Positions 1-15,273 of a DNA stretch of 64,000 nt are shown piece by piece (within the stretch, counting starts at the first letter, position 1; every line of letters begins with the position of its first letter). The stretch is from Eledone cirrhosa (Eukaryota): the NCBI GenBank assembly GCA_964016885.1, contig OZ024744.1, forward strand, positions 96,286,001-96,350,000, read 5' to 3'. The position numbers and the translations under genes were made by a program. A model generated the notes under the pieces. It searched no databases and was not told the DNA's origin. It saw only the letters and a program-made list of their open reading frames with translations.

Positions 1-790
1 TCGGCATCAAACCTATCAAGTGCATGACAGAGATCACCTTCTGTCGTGTAACACCATGTCGTCTGCAAATTCCAGCCAACTGATTTTACACCTGCCAGTC
101 ATGATACCACTTCCAACATGGCTGCACATGTCAATCCTGTTCATGAAAATAATGAATAATGAACAGGATAGGTGACAGTATGCACCCTTAGTGGAATCCG
201 ACTCCTACATTGAATGGTTTCGATTTAGCACCATTTATCCAAACACAAATACTCAGGCATTCGTATGGAGACATCAGGGCAGCAAGAAGCTGACCATCAA
301 TCCCATACTCCTGCAGGTATCGAGGAACGCGGTCATATGCCTTTTCAAGGTTGACAAAACAAGAATGTACCTCTTTGCAATACTTCCACAATTTCTCGAA
401 GACCTGCCGCAGCGTGAATATTTGGTCCGCTGCTGCGTCCGAAAGGGACCTCGTGTACCTCAGAAGATGCTGTTGTGATCAGGTTTAGGAGCTCAGCAAA
501 CTATTCTCTCCACCTGGCGAAGATGCACCTCTCTGAAGAAAGGAGAACCCCAGGCACGTTCTTGATAGCAGGTGTGGAGGAAGACCTCTTATTACGAAGT
601 CGACAGATGCTGATCTGAAGTCGGATTCCTGCTTAAATCCAAAGTTCTCCAATGTCTTAACATTGGACGCCTTTACTGTCTCTGCTGCGATTCTTCGTGC
701 CTGTTTGTACTGAATAGGCAAGATGAGGGACTTAGTTCCAAGCCAAGCTTTGTAAATCTCCTTGGCTCCGATGGCATCTTTGACACCTTG
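1..790 (-). mobile_element. Degenerate RTE-type LINE reverse-transcriptase fragment
   Basis: Minus ORF 188-391 has CFVNLEKAYDRVPR (RT motif of the FVDLEKAYD type) and SKPFNVGVG; ORF 485-721 resembles the EN-RT linker; frameshifted. Confidence 0.75.
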
Positions 791-825
791 ATTGAACCAA
801 TTATTATTACTATTATCCTTTAAAT

Positions 826-1015
826 TGGCGGTGGATTGGCAGTATCGGTAGAGGGTCTGACGCCATGCTTTTCAGTAAAGAGTTACGGCCATTTATGGTC
901 TGAGTTCAAATCCCGCCAAGGTTAACTTTCCCTTTAAGCCTTACGGGGTCGATAAAATAAAGTACCAGTAATACACGGGGATAATTGCTGGCCTAGTTCC
1001 TAAACTAGAAACGAT
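826..1015 (+). mobile_element. tRNA-derived SINE, family S1
   Basis: ggcggtggattggcagtatcggtagag head, B-box-like gagttcaaatccc, central ccttacggggtcgataaaataaagtaccag, 3' end ctagaaac; more than 10 related copies in the window. Confidence 0.85.
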
Positions 1016-1272
1016 TTTTATTATGATAGTTTGTTTTCCTTCCGTTTTGTTTCCGTTTTGTTTCCTTTTTTACCGAGTGTCTTCCTGACACCTAGGGCAA
1101 ATAAGCTCACTGTATCCAGTAAGGGCGTCCAAAGTTAAGACATTGGAGAACTTTGGAGTTAAGCAGGAATCCGACTTCAGATCAGCATCTGTCGACTTCG
1201 TAATAAGAAGTCTTCCTCCACACCTGCTATCAAGAACGCGCCTGGGGTTCTCCTTTCTTCAGAGAGGTGCAT

Positions 1273-4066
1273 CATTTCTCTATATTATCGATACTCCTGA
1301 ACAAAGCCTTGATATTTGCCAAAAATAGATCAGACTTAACTATGGATGACATCAATATTATCACGTACGCTAGACAAACACTACTGGAGTTTCAGAAGGA
1401 ATACTGGACCAGAAATACATATAGTAATCTCTTCGACATAACTATGGGCTCTAGTGATTCTGCCCAAATTACCGATCTTTATGACATCTTTCTGCTATTT
1501 AACATTAATTCATCTTTTCCCCACCTTAAAGGTGGTTTATATCGTGATGACTGTCTTCTTCTATCCACTAATCTTAGCCTATCAGAAATTGAAATAAATA
1601 AAAAACTTATTAGAACTTTCCTCAAAGACTATTATAATCTCACTATTACATTTGAAAACACCAGTAAAATAGTAAATTTCCTAGATATAACTATGGACCT
1701 ATCTACGGGTATCTACCAACCTTACCATAAACCTAACCAAAACTTGCATTTCATACACTCACAATCCAATCACCCTAGATCTATCCTTAAAAACCTAGCA
1801 TATAATATCTCACTCAGAATCTCTAACCTTTCATCAAATCAGGATGTATTCGATAAAAATGCGTCCTTTTATAACGAAGCTTTAGCTAGAAGCGGATACA
1901 AAAACAAATTAGTCTATATACCTTGCACCAATAATATTTCAAACATACAACCTAATATTACCAACAAACACCAAATGAAAAACCCACACCTAAATGCCAC
2001 TCATACTACACCTAAAAACACCAACCCAAACTTAATTTCTCTATCTCTTCTCACATAAAATATAATGACTTTCAAAAAACCATTTATCCTAATACTCCAA
2101 CATATGTTAACTGCACTAGTAACACAATTCCTAGTAATCAGACTAAAACACCTAAATCAGTTAATCTAACTAAACCTATATATAATAAAATCACTAATAG
2201 TAACTCTCTTAGTAAACCTCCTGATACATCGTATAAATATAAGAAACAATGTCGAAACCGTAATAGACGGGTTACTTGGTATTATGCTCCATTTAATCTA
2301 CAGATTAAAGACCATATTCCTAAAAAATTCTTTGGTATCCTAGAGAAAAACTTCCCACCAAACCATAAATACCATCAAATTTTAATTAGATCTACTGTCA
2401 AATTTTCCTACTGAACTACCAAAAATATACAACAGCATATAAGTGCGTACAACGCATATAAGTGTAAAAAAACCATAAATATACCACCAACACATGAAAC
2501 CAACCATAATAATACTAAAATAAACCATAACAAACCACCATCTCCTTCACCTATAATATGTCCTGTAAACTCCACACTAATTTTGACTAACTGATATAAT
2601 ATTTACGAATGGTTGTAACTGTAGAATCAAAAGAAATTGCCCATTAAAGGGAAATTGTCTTATTAATAACATAGTCTATAAATGTAAAATTAGCACTAAG
2701 GACTCCACTCATTCATATATAGGAGCTACGTCTAACCAGTTTAAAGTAAGATTTAATACCCACAAACATAGTTTTAAAAATGCCGCATTAGCTAATACAA
2801 CATCCTTGGCCGAAGCAATTAATAATTATAGAAAGAAGAACATTGATTATAACCTGACCTAGAGCGTGCTTAAAAGGGCCACCCCTTATCAAAATAGCAG
2901 ATACGAGTGTAGGTTATGCTCCCAAGAACTTTTTGAAATCATGTAATCTAAGGATATCCTATTAAATAAGCGACAGGAATTAATTATATCTTGCCATCAT
3001 AGAATTAGAAAACCTTCAAATATTATAAACTTAATTACTCTTTATATTTTACAAATTATTATAACTGATTTTTTAAATTTAGTTAACCTATAATTAGTAT
3101 TTTACTACAGAGAATTTCATAATTTTATTTCTCTCTTACAGCTCTCTTTTCCTAAAATTATTTTAAACCACACTACTTCATTTAATCGCATCCCCTATTT
3201 ATCACATTTAATGCCTATAATTATTAATTATAATTAATATCTTTAATATCATCAATATCCGTATAAATACAATACTCATTATAACATTTTTTTATGTATT
3301 TCAGTTTTTCCATATATATATTTTTTATTGTTTTAATTTTTTACTTCTTTATTTATCACATTCATATGAATTAATATAATTTTATCCCTAATTATACCCA
3401 TCAATTAATTTAATTTCCTGTTATGTATCTAGATTCCTTGTAGTTTAAATAAGATTGGTATTTCTCACTAATACCCTTATCCCAAAATTCTTTTTCCTTC
3501 GTTTTTAACAACATTCTTTAATAACATCAAATGTTCGGGAACACTTCATTATCTTCTTGACTTTACCTCTTTTTAACCCCCACTGTATTCTTTTCATTCA
3601 AAGCATAAATCTGCACTCCTCAACTCTTAGATTTAATTTCTACTACTGTTATTCTATCAACTTGCCCTCCAACTCATTTCTATTGGTCAATTCAAAACCT
3701 GTTCCCAAACAGACTCTTTATATCAATTCTTTGTTTTTTTCAATAAACGCATTTCATCATTTCTGAGGACGGCATGTATATGTGAAGGTATGTATATTTC
3801 CTCTGATAATTTGTAATATTTTTACATAGATCTTAAACACGATATACATACCAACACACATATAGATCCCAGAAACGATCGTAAAATGGAACTTGTTCTT
3901 TGTTTTTATTTCATTGTTTTATTAATTTATCTTGACTCTGTTTTCCTATGACTTTTATCGTAAATTTTTGAATGCATCTTCTCTTTTCATGATATCTTCT
4001 ATATTTGGATTACATTGAGTTCTTCATACGGATTGGACATTACCGTATATTTTGGTAGATTTATCT
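1273..4066 (+). mobile_element. Penelope-like element PLE1 (Neptune-like), 5'-truncated and degraded, with 3' UTR/pLTR ending in (TA)n
   Basis: ORF 1267-2058 has TMGSSDSAQITDL, GGLYRDDC, VNFLDIT and YHKP..HPRSI; 2610-3030 encodes CNCR..CPL..C and SYIGATSNQFKVRFNTH (GIY-YIG); HHR at 3757-3889. Confidence 0.9.
3757..3889 (+). ncRNA. Hammerhead ribozyme motif (type I, long stem II, palindromic stem III)
   Basis: tcattt-CTGAGGA(3763)-long hairpin-GAAA(3872)-CGATCG-TA-aaatgg; ACGATCGT is a perfect palindrome; base of stem II is imperfect. Confidence 0.75.
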
Positions 4067-4091
4067 ACATATATATATATATACATATATA

Positions 4092-5452
<1,361 letters not shown>

Positions 5453-5512
5453 AATAAATATATAAATATTTTATATATATTTAATATTTTATATATATAT
5501 ATTTATACATAC

Positions 5513-5569
<57 letters not shown>

Positions 5570-5581
5570 TTTTCCAATAGG

Positions 5582-5897
5582 AAAAGGCAAAGCTATGCTC
5601 GGCGGGATTTGAACTCAGACCATAAAGGGCTTAACTCTATGCTGCAAAGGATGTTATCCGATTGTACCGATACTGCCAATCCACCATCCTAATAATGCTT
5701 ATAATAATTGTTTCTACTTTTGGCACAAGGCCAGCAATTATTCCAGTACATTACTGGTACTTTATTTTACCGACCCCGTAAGGATGAAAGGCAAAGTTAA
5801 CCTCGGCGGGATTTGAACTCAGACCGTAAAGGGGCGTAACTCTATGTTGCAAAGCATGGTGTCCGACTCTCTACCGATACTGCCAATCCACCACATA
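5582..5897 (-). mobile_element. Two tandem S1 SINEs (partial plus full)
   Basis: Reverse complement of the S1 sequence, twice; flanked by (TAA)n. Confidence 0.85.
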
Positions 5898-5902
5898 ATG
5901 CT

Positions 5903-5942
<40 letters not shown>

Positions 5943-6049
5943 TTTTCGTTATTGACCACAAAGGATTTACATAAAAAATGCATTGAGGACATCATAGGAC
6001 GGTACAATGTGGGTTTCTGCTTGTAAAAAATGAGTATAAAACAAACAAA

Positions 6050-7890
6050 AAAGAAAGATATAACATCTGGAACAAAGATACGGCCATTGAGGAAATGAAT
6101 GCTGACGGGCTAGGGCAAGATTTTGTTGATATTCTGAACTTAGTGGCAGAGGAAAAGTGGAAAATCTATGAACCTAAGATTTATAGACAGGAAAAAGTTA
6201 AAAGAAATGACAGATAAGGTAAGGATCTTCACCAATGCAACAACCTCCTCCTGTTTAGTGTCGGGTGAAGTACCAGAATGGTTGACAAAAGGTACCACAG
6301 TTCTGGTAGTGAAAGACCGGATCAAGGGTAATGAGGTTACGAACTATAGGCCTATCACATGTCTGTCCGTAATGTGGAAACTGCTAACAAGCATTGTGTC
6401 TGAGGAAATCTACTATCACCTCCACATAAACAACTTGTTACCGGACGAACAGAAAGGATGCCGAAAGAAGTCCCGTGGTACAAAAGACCAGTTACTTATT
6501 GATAAGAGGGTAATAAGGAATTGCAAGAGGAGACACACTGGTCTTGCCATGGGATGGATAGACTACAAAAAGGCATTCGACATGGTTCCTCATTCTTGGA
6601 TAACCAAAAGTCTAGAGATCTTCAAGGTAGTAGACATCAGACAGCTATTAAGTAAAATTATGAAGTCCTGGCAAACAGTGCTAACATCAGCTGGAGAATC
6701 CTTGGGAGGCGTGAAGATCAAGAGGGGTATCTTCCAAGGAGATAGTTTGTCTCCTTTGTTGTTTGTCCTTACCCTCATATCCTTGTCCCTCATACTGCGA
6801 AAAGTGAGAGCAGGATACAAGCTGAGAAGAGGAGAGCTTACCATCAACCACCTCCCCTTCATGGACAATCTAAAACTTTTGGGAAAAGCGAGAGTTGGAT
6901 GTACTTGTTAACACTGTTCGTATTTTCAGCAATGATATATGTATGGAATTTGGTGATAATAAGTGTGGCGTCCTAGTGATGAAGAGGGGGTAAATTGAGC
7001 AGAATCAACGGAATCCAGGTACCAACAGGTGAGATGATAAAGGAAATTGACACTGAAGAGGGATACAAATATTTAGGTGCTCTGGAGGCAAATGACATCA
7101 AGAACAATAAAATGAAGTAATTGATAAGATCTGAATACATAAGGAGAGTAAGGAACATACTAAAATCACATCTAAATAGTAGGAATGTCATAAGTGCAGT
7201 AAATTCTCGAGCTGTGTCTATTATTAGGTACTGTGCGGGAATTCTGAAACGGAATGTTGCTGAACAAAGCGAAATGGATAGAAAAACTAGGAAGCTATTG
7301 ACTATCTACAACATGTTCCACAAGAGGAGTGATGTGGATAGAGTCTACTTAAAGAGATCTGAAGTTGGAAGAGGTCTTATCAGCATAGAGGACTGTGTTC
7401 AGATGGAGAAAAGCAGTCTGCACTAATATGTGTCTGAGAGTAGGGAGCCAATACTCAAAGTTGTACTGAAGGAGAAGACAATAGACTAGGGGATGTCCAA
7501 GGAGGAACTAATAACAAAGAGGAAGAGCAACCTTCATGAAAACCCTTCATAGCACCTTTTTAAAGAAAATGGAATTCAGAGATCCACTGACATGGAGCTG
7601 CTTAAAAAGCGACCTTAAAAAAGCTACAGAAGGAATGGCCGCACAAGAGCAATCCCCCAGAACGAAGTGGGTGAAACACCATATTGACAAGGAGGAGGCT
7701 AGCTCACTGTGTAGGATCTGTGGAGAGAGGAGACTGTGGCTCACATAGTATCCGAGTGTAAACACCTAGCCCAGACTCACTATATAGGCTGGAGACATGA
7801 TGTAATGGGCAGGGTGATCCACTGGTACCTATGCAAAGTAAACAATTTAACACATTCTGAGAAGTGGTATGAGCATAAGCCAGAGTCGGT
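6050..7890 (+). mobile_element. R4/Dong-clade non-LTR retrotransposon fragment (RT, zinc finger, start of restriction-like EN)
   Basis: [72 protein letters not shown]; several frameshifts. Confidence 0.9.
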
Positions 7891-7899
7891 GCCCCTTTT

Positions 7900-8555
7900 T
7901 TTGTTTCTTAGCTCATGTTGGCAATCCCTCGACTTAGCCACGGGAAGACGAGGTTTCTGTGTCGCTTTCATATGTTTGTGAGTTTGTGTATGTGTGTGTA
8001 TTTAAGTGTGAATTTGTTTGAGGGAGTGAGCAGGAGTGGGAGAGCTTTTCTCTTCTTCCCCTCGGGTTGATTCAGTCCTGGTTGATGTTGGTGGGGGATT
8101 AGCTGCTGCTGGTACTGTAGTTTTAACTGAAGCTGTTGCCGGTTGTGCGGTTCTACGTCCCGACACTAGTGTTGGCAGTAATGGAGGTATGTGTCCCTTT
8201 GCATTTTTGAGTTAAGGATAGAAGGCACGAAAGTGTGTTGCTTCACCGCAGACGAAGCAGTGTGGTTTTCTGCCCCCAGTGATCACTTATAATGCGAACC
8301 TGTCCTGAAGGCAAACATGGTTCGGAATATTTTGGCAATCGTCCGGTTTGATTTGGAGAGAAATCTCTAAATCCACATCGGGCCAGTCCCCTCATAGACG
8401 TTTTTCTAACGTCTATGAGAGTATAATCGGTACCCTCCTCGATTAAGCACCCAAGGGGCCACAATAAATTCAGTCGTTGCGGGATCCTGGGAATGCGGAC
8501 CTTTACAGTTCTTCTGTCCAAGTGGGACGGGGGCAATACAATGCGGTCCGTAATA
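7900..8555 (-). mobile_element. LINE ORF1-like (L1/Tx1-type gag) fragment
   Basis: Minus strand 8217-8267 reads PHCFVCGEATHFRAFYP, a CX2CX4HX4C knuckle with the last Cys mutated; preceded by RRTVKVRI. Confidence 0.5.
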
Positions 8556-8561
8556 ATAATA

Positions 8562-8652
8562 ACTTTGCCTTTCATCCTAACGGGGCCGATAAAATAAAGT
8601 GCCAGTAATGCACTGGGGTTAATTGTTCGCCTTGTGCCAAAAAAAGTAGAAA

Positions 8653-8742
<90 letters not shown>

Positions 8743-9306
8743 GGGCGGTGGATTGGCAGTATCGGTAGAGGGTCGGACGCCATGCTTTCCAGCATAGTTA
8801 CGTCCCTTTACGATCTGAGATCAAATCCCGCCAAGGTTGACTTTGCCTTTCATCCTTACGGGGTCGATAAAATAAAGTACCAGTAATGCACTGGGTAATT
8901 GCTGGCCTTGTGCCTAATGTAGAAACAATGGCAGTATCAGTAGAGGGTCGGACGCCATGCTTTGACGCAAAGAGTTACGTCCCTTTACGATCTGAGTTCA
9001 AATCCCGCCGAGGTTGACTTTGCCTTTCATCCTTACGGGGTCGATAAAATAAAGTACCAGTAATGCACTGGGATAATTGCTGGCCTTGTGCCAATAGTAG
9101 GAACAATTATTTATTCAAAGGCGGTGGATTTGTAGTATCAGTAGAGGGTCGGACGCCATGCTTTGCAGCAAAGAGTTACGGCCCTTTATGGTCTGAGTTC
9201 AAATCCCGTCGAGGTTAAGTTTGCCTTTCATCTTTACGGGATCGTTAAAATAAAGTACCAGTAATACACTCGGATAATTGCTGGCCTTGTGCCTAAAGTA
9301 GAAACA

Positions 9307-9340
<34 letters not shown>
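8562..9340 (+). mobile_element. Head-to-tail array of S1 SINEs (one 3' half plus three copies) with (TTA)n spacer and tail
   Basis: S1 copies at about 8562-8655, 8743-8928, 8929-9110 and 9118-9308. Confidence 0.9.
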
Positions 9341-9341
<1 letters not shown>

Positions 9342-9528
9342 GGTTCTAGATAAGCTGGGAAGCCCATTCTGAGTTAAGATGAGGCTAAGCAACAACAGCA
9401 ACATCAGAGGCAGCAGCAAAATCAGCAATAATAACAATAACAAAAACAACACTGAAAACAATAACAGCATCTGCATTTTGTTGCTGATTCCTTCCTGCAT
9501 GAATGGCAGAAAAGAAGATTTGTTAACA

Positions 9529-9725
9529 TACGAGTGTGGGCAGAAAAGTTGATAGGTTGACTAAGATACTCTCATGGAATGACGAAATGAAGTTTATTTT
9601 TCAATATAGTGCCCGGAGAGAAACAATGATATAAGAGTTGAAATTAGTGCATTGCATGCAAGATTTCACAGCTCTAGCATCACTCCTTCATAGTCAGCCT
9701 ATGAATTTTTCAGCCGATCCTAGTA
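9529..9725. mobile_element. Mariner-type MITE
   Basis: TA-flanked; degenerate TIR cgag..gaaaagtt(c/g)atagg(c/t)tga; homologous to 9960-10158, 10985-11075 and 51216-51394. Confidence 0.75.
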
Positions 9726-9778
<53 letters not shown>

Positions 9779-9833
9779 GGAGAGAGATCCTACATATTGC
9801 AATATGAAGGATCACAAAAGAAACTTTGAAAAT

Positions 9834-9952
<119 letters not shown>

Positions 9953-9959
9953 GTATGTA

Positions 9960-10158
9960 TACACGAGGGTCAGCTGAAAAGTTCATAGGCTGACCAAATA
10001 CTCATGGAATGACCAAATGAGGTTTATTTTTCAACATAGTCCCCGGGGAAAAACAATGCCGTTATTAATATAAGAAGAGTTGAAATTAATGCATTACATT
10101 CAAGATTTCACAGCTCTAGCATCAGTCCTTCATAGTCAGCCAATGAATTTTTCATAGT
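9960..10158. mobile_element. Mariner-type MITE
   Basis: cgagggtcagctgaaaagttcataggctgac left TIR; right TIR gtcagccaatgaattttt is truncated. Confidence 0.75.
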
Positions 10159-10167
10159 ATATATATA

Positions 10168-10732
10168 CATGGTGGCTGCCAACTCGTTTTCGAGTACGGC
10201 CACTACTTTATATCCATGTAGGAGAACCCCTACCGATGCGCTGAACGAATGTGACTTTAGTCCAGCCAGCGACTTGAAAACTCTGGTACAAACACTACAC
10301 TTGCGACAATTATTGACACATAGTGCTGGGCCCATGGTACCATGTGACGACAAGTGCAGAGAGATCTCCAGATATAAAGCAATGCCTGTGCCGTGAAGCT
10401 TTTATAGTGAGCAAAGGCACTGCACAAAGCCAGTCCCACTCTCTTAACCAAGATGATATTTACCAAAAAGAAGAACAAGTCAACATCATTGGATACCATC
10501 AGGGTTGCAGGTGTTATATCAGAGTTTTCCTTCTCCTAGAATTCTGCCTTGACAAAGGCTAAGGGGTCATCTCTCCCGGTGATTTTGGATGGCCATTGAC
10601 TCTTAAGAGCTCCTTTGTCCTTTGAGAGGTTTTGTTTTTATTCCTGCAGGATGTCCAAAGTCTCCCTCCTCACCAAGAAACCTTGGTGGGGTTGCCAGTT
10701 TAGTCGCCAACGACCCGACCATGAGACAGGTC
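10168..10732 (-). mobile_element. About 600-bp non-autonomous RTE-derived element, family R
   Basis: RTE-like 5' UTR joined to a 3' C2H2 remnant CSVCTRVFKSLAGLKSH and terminal ctcgaaaacgagttggcagccaccatg; near-identical copies at 11880-12126, 21990-22485 and 56008-56616. Confidence 0.7.
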
Positions 10733-10737
10733 TATAT

Positions 10738-10843
<106 letters not shown>

Positions 10844-10876
10844 ACACACACACACACACACGCACACACACGCACG

Positions 10877-10975
<99 letters not shown>

Positions 10976-11415
10976 CGAAACGAAAGAGTTGAAATTAATG
11001 TATTGCATGCAAGATTTCACAGCTCTAGCATAACTCCTTCATAGTCAGCCAATGAACATTTCAGATTACATTCGTATAAACACAATCTTATTATGCTTGT
11101 CACAAATATAGGAATATATTTACCAAAGTGAGAATTGTATTTACCTACATTCTTTTATTCTTTTACTCTTTTCAGGCATTGGACTGTGGCTATGCTGGGA
11201 TCACCCCCTTAAAACTATTTTGTCGATCATATCGGTCAAATTCCTTATTTATCCTTAAGTCTGATAATTATTTTATCAATCTCTCTTTTTCGGTCTGTTA
11301 AGTTACGGGTTATAAACACTGACAGAAATACAAACGTAAACACATTATCAGGTATTCATGTACATATATACATAGAAGCATGCATGCACACATACATACA
11401 TATATACATACATGC

Positions 11416-11514
<99 letters not shown>

Positions 11515-11879
11515 CGTATATATATATACGTATATATATATATATATACGTACAACATATAAACATACATTCATACATACATGTATATATATATACATAT
11601 ATATATCCATACAAGTATACATACATACAAGTATACGTACTTATACACATACATACACACATACATACATACACACATACATACATACAAGCATACATAC
11701 ATAGATATATAGATACATAGATACATACACACATACATACATGCATACATACATAGATACATACATACATACACACATACATACATACATGCATACATAA
11801 ATACATACATACATAGATACATAGATACATACATACACACATACATACATGCATACATACATACATAGATACATACATA

Positions 11880-12126
11880 CATGGTGGCTGCCAACTCGTT
11901 TTCGAGTACGGCCACTACTTTATATCCATGTAGTAGAACTCCTATCGATGCGCTGAACGAGTGTGACTTTTTAATCCAGCCAGCGACCCGAAAACTCTGG
12001 TACAAACACTACACTTGTGACAATTATTGACACATAGTGCTGGGCCCATGGTACCATGTGACGACAAGGGCAGAGAGATCACCAGATATAAAGCAATGCC
12101 TGTGCCGTGAAGCTTTTATAGTGAGC
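11880..12126 (-). mobile_element. Family R element, 5'-truncated, with long (TATG)n tail
   Basis: Matches 10168-10412; embedded in (CATA)n. Confidence 0.75.
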
Positions 12127-12284
12127 ATTCATACATAGATACATAGACACATACATAAATACATACACACATACATACATATACACACATACATACATAT
12201 ACACACATACATATCCATACAAGAATAGATATATACACATAGATACAAACATACATACATACATCACAGATAAAATAGAGTACC

Positions 12285-13840
12285 GCAGGAGTATATTCCA
12301 AGGAAACAGTCTCACTGTGTTGCTATTTATATTGTCAGTAAACCCACCCCTTGTCCATTATGATGGGGAAATATGAAGGATACGTAATTGGTTCAGAGGA
12401 GTCTAGAAACGTAAACCCAGCATTTAGCTTGTTTGTGGATGACCTCAACTTTTATGCCAAGAATATAAATTGTATAAAGAAAATTTTGAGCTCGTTACGA
12501 CGTTCCCAAAAGATATAAGAATGGAGTTGGGTTAGGATAAATGTTCCTATATGATTGTAAAGTGAGGAAAAAAACTACAAGCCAGTCTAGCAACATCTCT
12601 ATCAGTGGCCTAACTGGTTCATTGGTATCTGATGAGGACGGTTACAGATATTTAGAGTTTCCTAAGGAATGTGTAACCAGGGAATATAATACCCGCATAA
12701 GAAAAATATGGCCTTCGGAACTCTCTGTACACAATATATCTACAATGTGTTTGTTGTGGCTGTGCTGACACCAAGATTTGAACTACTTGACTGGGCGTTA
12801 GATGAGATCCCAACCCTTGATGTTAAAACACGAAAAGTTCTAACCGGGACAGGAAATTTCCGCACCAACAGTCTAAACATAAACAGGGAGGCAGAGGCCT
12901 AACGTCAGTCCAGACAGTATTTGAGTGTCACCTCATACCGCCCCCCCCCCCCCTCTCCCGGACAACATCTACGAACCCCCAAACGTATGAGGCCATTTAT
13001 AGAACAAGTCTGTCTACATTTATACAACCCACATCCAGGGAAATTGCCCAGCAATGAATCCATGGCTGAAAAGCTGCATGGATGTGTTGCCAGAAAGCTT
13101 CAAATAAAGTAGTCTATCTTGGAACAACAACCGCTATATTGGCTCTCACTTAGAAGGATTCGATTTTGCAATCCAAGAACAGGAAATCAACACAAAATAC
13201 CTGATTCACAAAAGAGATAGGGATGCAGGCAAAACACCTAGCTATGATAACATGTGCGGACTCTGCAGAATTAACATCGAAGATGTCACCTATGTCATAA
13301 GCAGCTGTCCAAAGACATGATGTAGGCATGATGTAGTGGCCAAAACACTGTAAAATGCAATCCGTAGAAAAGATAGACCCGATAATAAACAGATTAAAAG
13401 CTACAGCAATGTGGAAGACACATACATAATATGAAAGAGTACTGGTGGAATGTTCTAGTAAAAACCCCAATAAAATGCAGGCATAACAGACCAGATATTA
13501 TGATATGGGACAGGAAAGAGAAGGTATACACAATAGTGGAAGTAAGTTGCCCAGCAGATGCCAATATAAGATTAAAGATTAGCGAAAAGAACATTTATAC
13601 AGAACTGATGAGAAATCTGCTCCCTGACTCTATCTTTAGATTTGTACCTGTGATTATTGAGATATGTTTCTAACTGCCCCAGTACAAATCTTGAGAAGCT
13701 GGGCTTCACAGAACCAAATAAGCATATGCACATGTATAGATAAAGAAGCATATGCACATGTACAGATAAAGAAGCATATGCACATGCACACATATAACTC
13801 AAAACATACACATACATACATACAATAACATCCATACCTG
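12285..13840 (+). mobile_element. Degenerate R4/Dong-like LINE 3' half (same family as 62008-64000)
   Basis: FQGNSLTVLLF, LFVDDL, CRHNRPDIMIWD..IVEVSCPAD and FVPVII motifs; 3' UTR shared with 62070-62200. Confidence 0.8.
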
Positions 13841-13856
13841 CACGCACACACACACA

Positions 13857-13999
<143 letters not shown>

Positions 14000-14004
14000 A
14001 TTAG

Positions 14005-14228
14005 ACTACGTTGATAATTATACATCTCCACTTGTCCCTTCCTGTCCAACATGGCTTCCGCGAGTTCATTCTTTTTGAGATTCGTGTCTTTACAAATCCG
14101 CTCAAGAAACCTAACACGAGGCCAACATCTTGTTCTTCTGCCAAATGTGGGTTCCCCATAGCAGCAACTGGTGTAATGTCTCCGTCTGATCTCTTTGTCA
14201 TACGTGACCTATGCGGCCGAGTCTTCTA
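14005..14228 (-). mobile_element. RTE-type LINE 3' fragment
   Basis: Minus strand reads RLGRIGHV (RWxGHV-like) followed by degenerate C-terminal coding sequence. Confidence 0.45.
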
Positions 14229-14350
14229 AATCTTTCTCGCGTTTTTAGTATGTCTCAGATCACTGTATAGACTTGTTTGTTTTGTGTCCCCTCGTATAAT
14301 TATTTGAAAAGAAGATAATAGCCCTGGTATATTTAGTTGAAATATACCGC

Positions 14351-14449
<99 letters not shown>

Positions 14450-14636
14450 ATAAAGTATTTATCCCTACACGGCAAAAGCGTCCAGGGACACATGTATTGT
14501 CCAACCAAATGCCAATGTGGTTCAATGGCAGGTTAATAAATTAACGAGCCAGAACATATATAATCTCGGGAACAATTTTGAATAGTGCCAGTTCGTAATT
14601 TGAACTCGGGAATTTTATATTCTCCGAGTGAAAAGA

Positions 14637-14723
14637 ACCTTCTGACGAGAGTTTATCTTTTCAATGGAAGGCCGCAAGGACTGTCCATTTATTTTTGAGA
14701 CTCGAAACCGATTCGGTAAAGGT
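14637..14723 (+). ncRNA. Canonical type I hammerhead ribozyme inside an approximately 350-bp (TA)n-flanked insert (14446-14792)
   Basis: acctt-CTGACGA-gagttt..aatgga..cc-gcaa-gg..tccatt..agactc-GAAA-ccg-att-cgg-TA-aaggt; all core nucleotides and stems I-III intact; predicted cleavage after 14718. Confidence 0.9.
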
Positions 14724-14790
14724 AACCATAGTGAGTACAGTGAATTTTTTGAAATTTATTTTGAAACTTTTTCTTATTTGCTAAACCTTG

Positions 14791-14856
<66 letters not shown>

Positions 14857-15072
14857 AAAGTAAGTCCATAGAATCATTTGATAAAATATATACAGTATTT
14901 CTTCTCCCAATCAGCATAATCAACCATACAAAAAAAAATCAATTAAACGAGGCTATAAGTTTAAACATACCTATGAAGAAATAATAGATAAATAAAAGAT
15001 ACCTTTTTATCCGCGATTCACAGCCACAGAAGATTTACCTAGTATTTCTGATAGCCCTGTAGAAATTGACTA

Positions 15073-15217
<145 letters not shown>

Positions 15218-15273
15218 ATAAAAATTTCAAATTAAATATCCGAAGGTATGGTATAAATTTCCAATCATTTTAA

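Noticed and set aside
2580-3030. Selenocysteine-encoding Naiad-type PLE
   Set aside because: The endonuclease is C-terminal and the Cys motif uses ordinary TGT/TGC codons; stops look like decay
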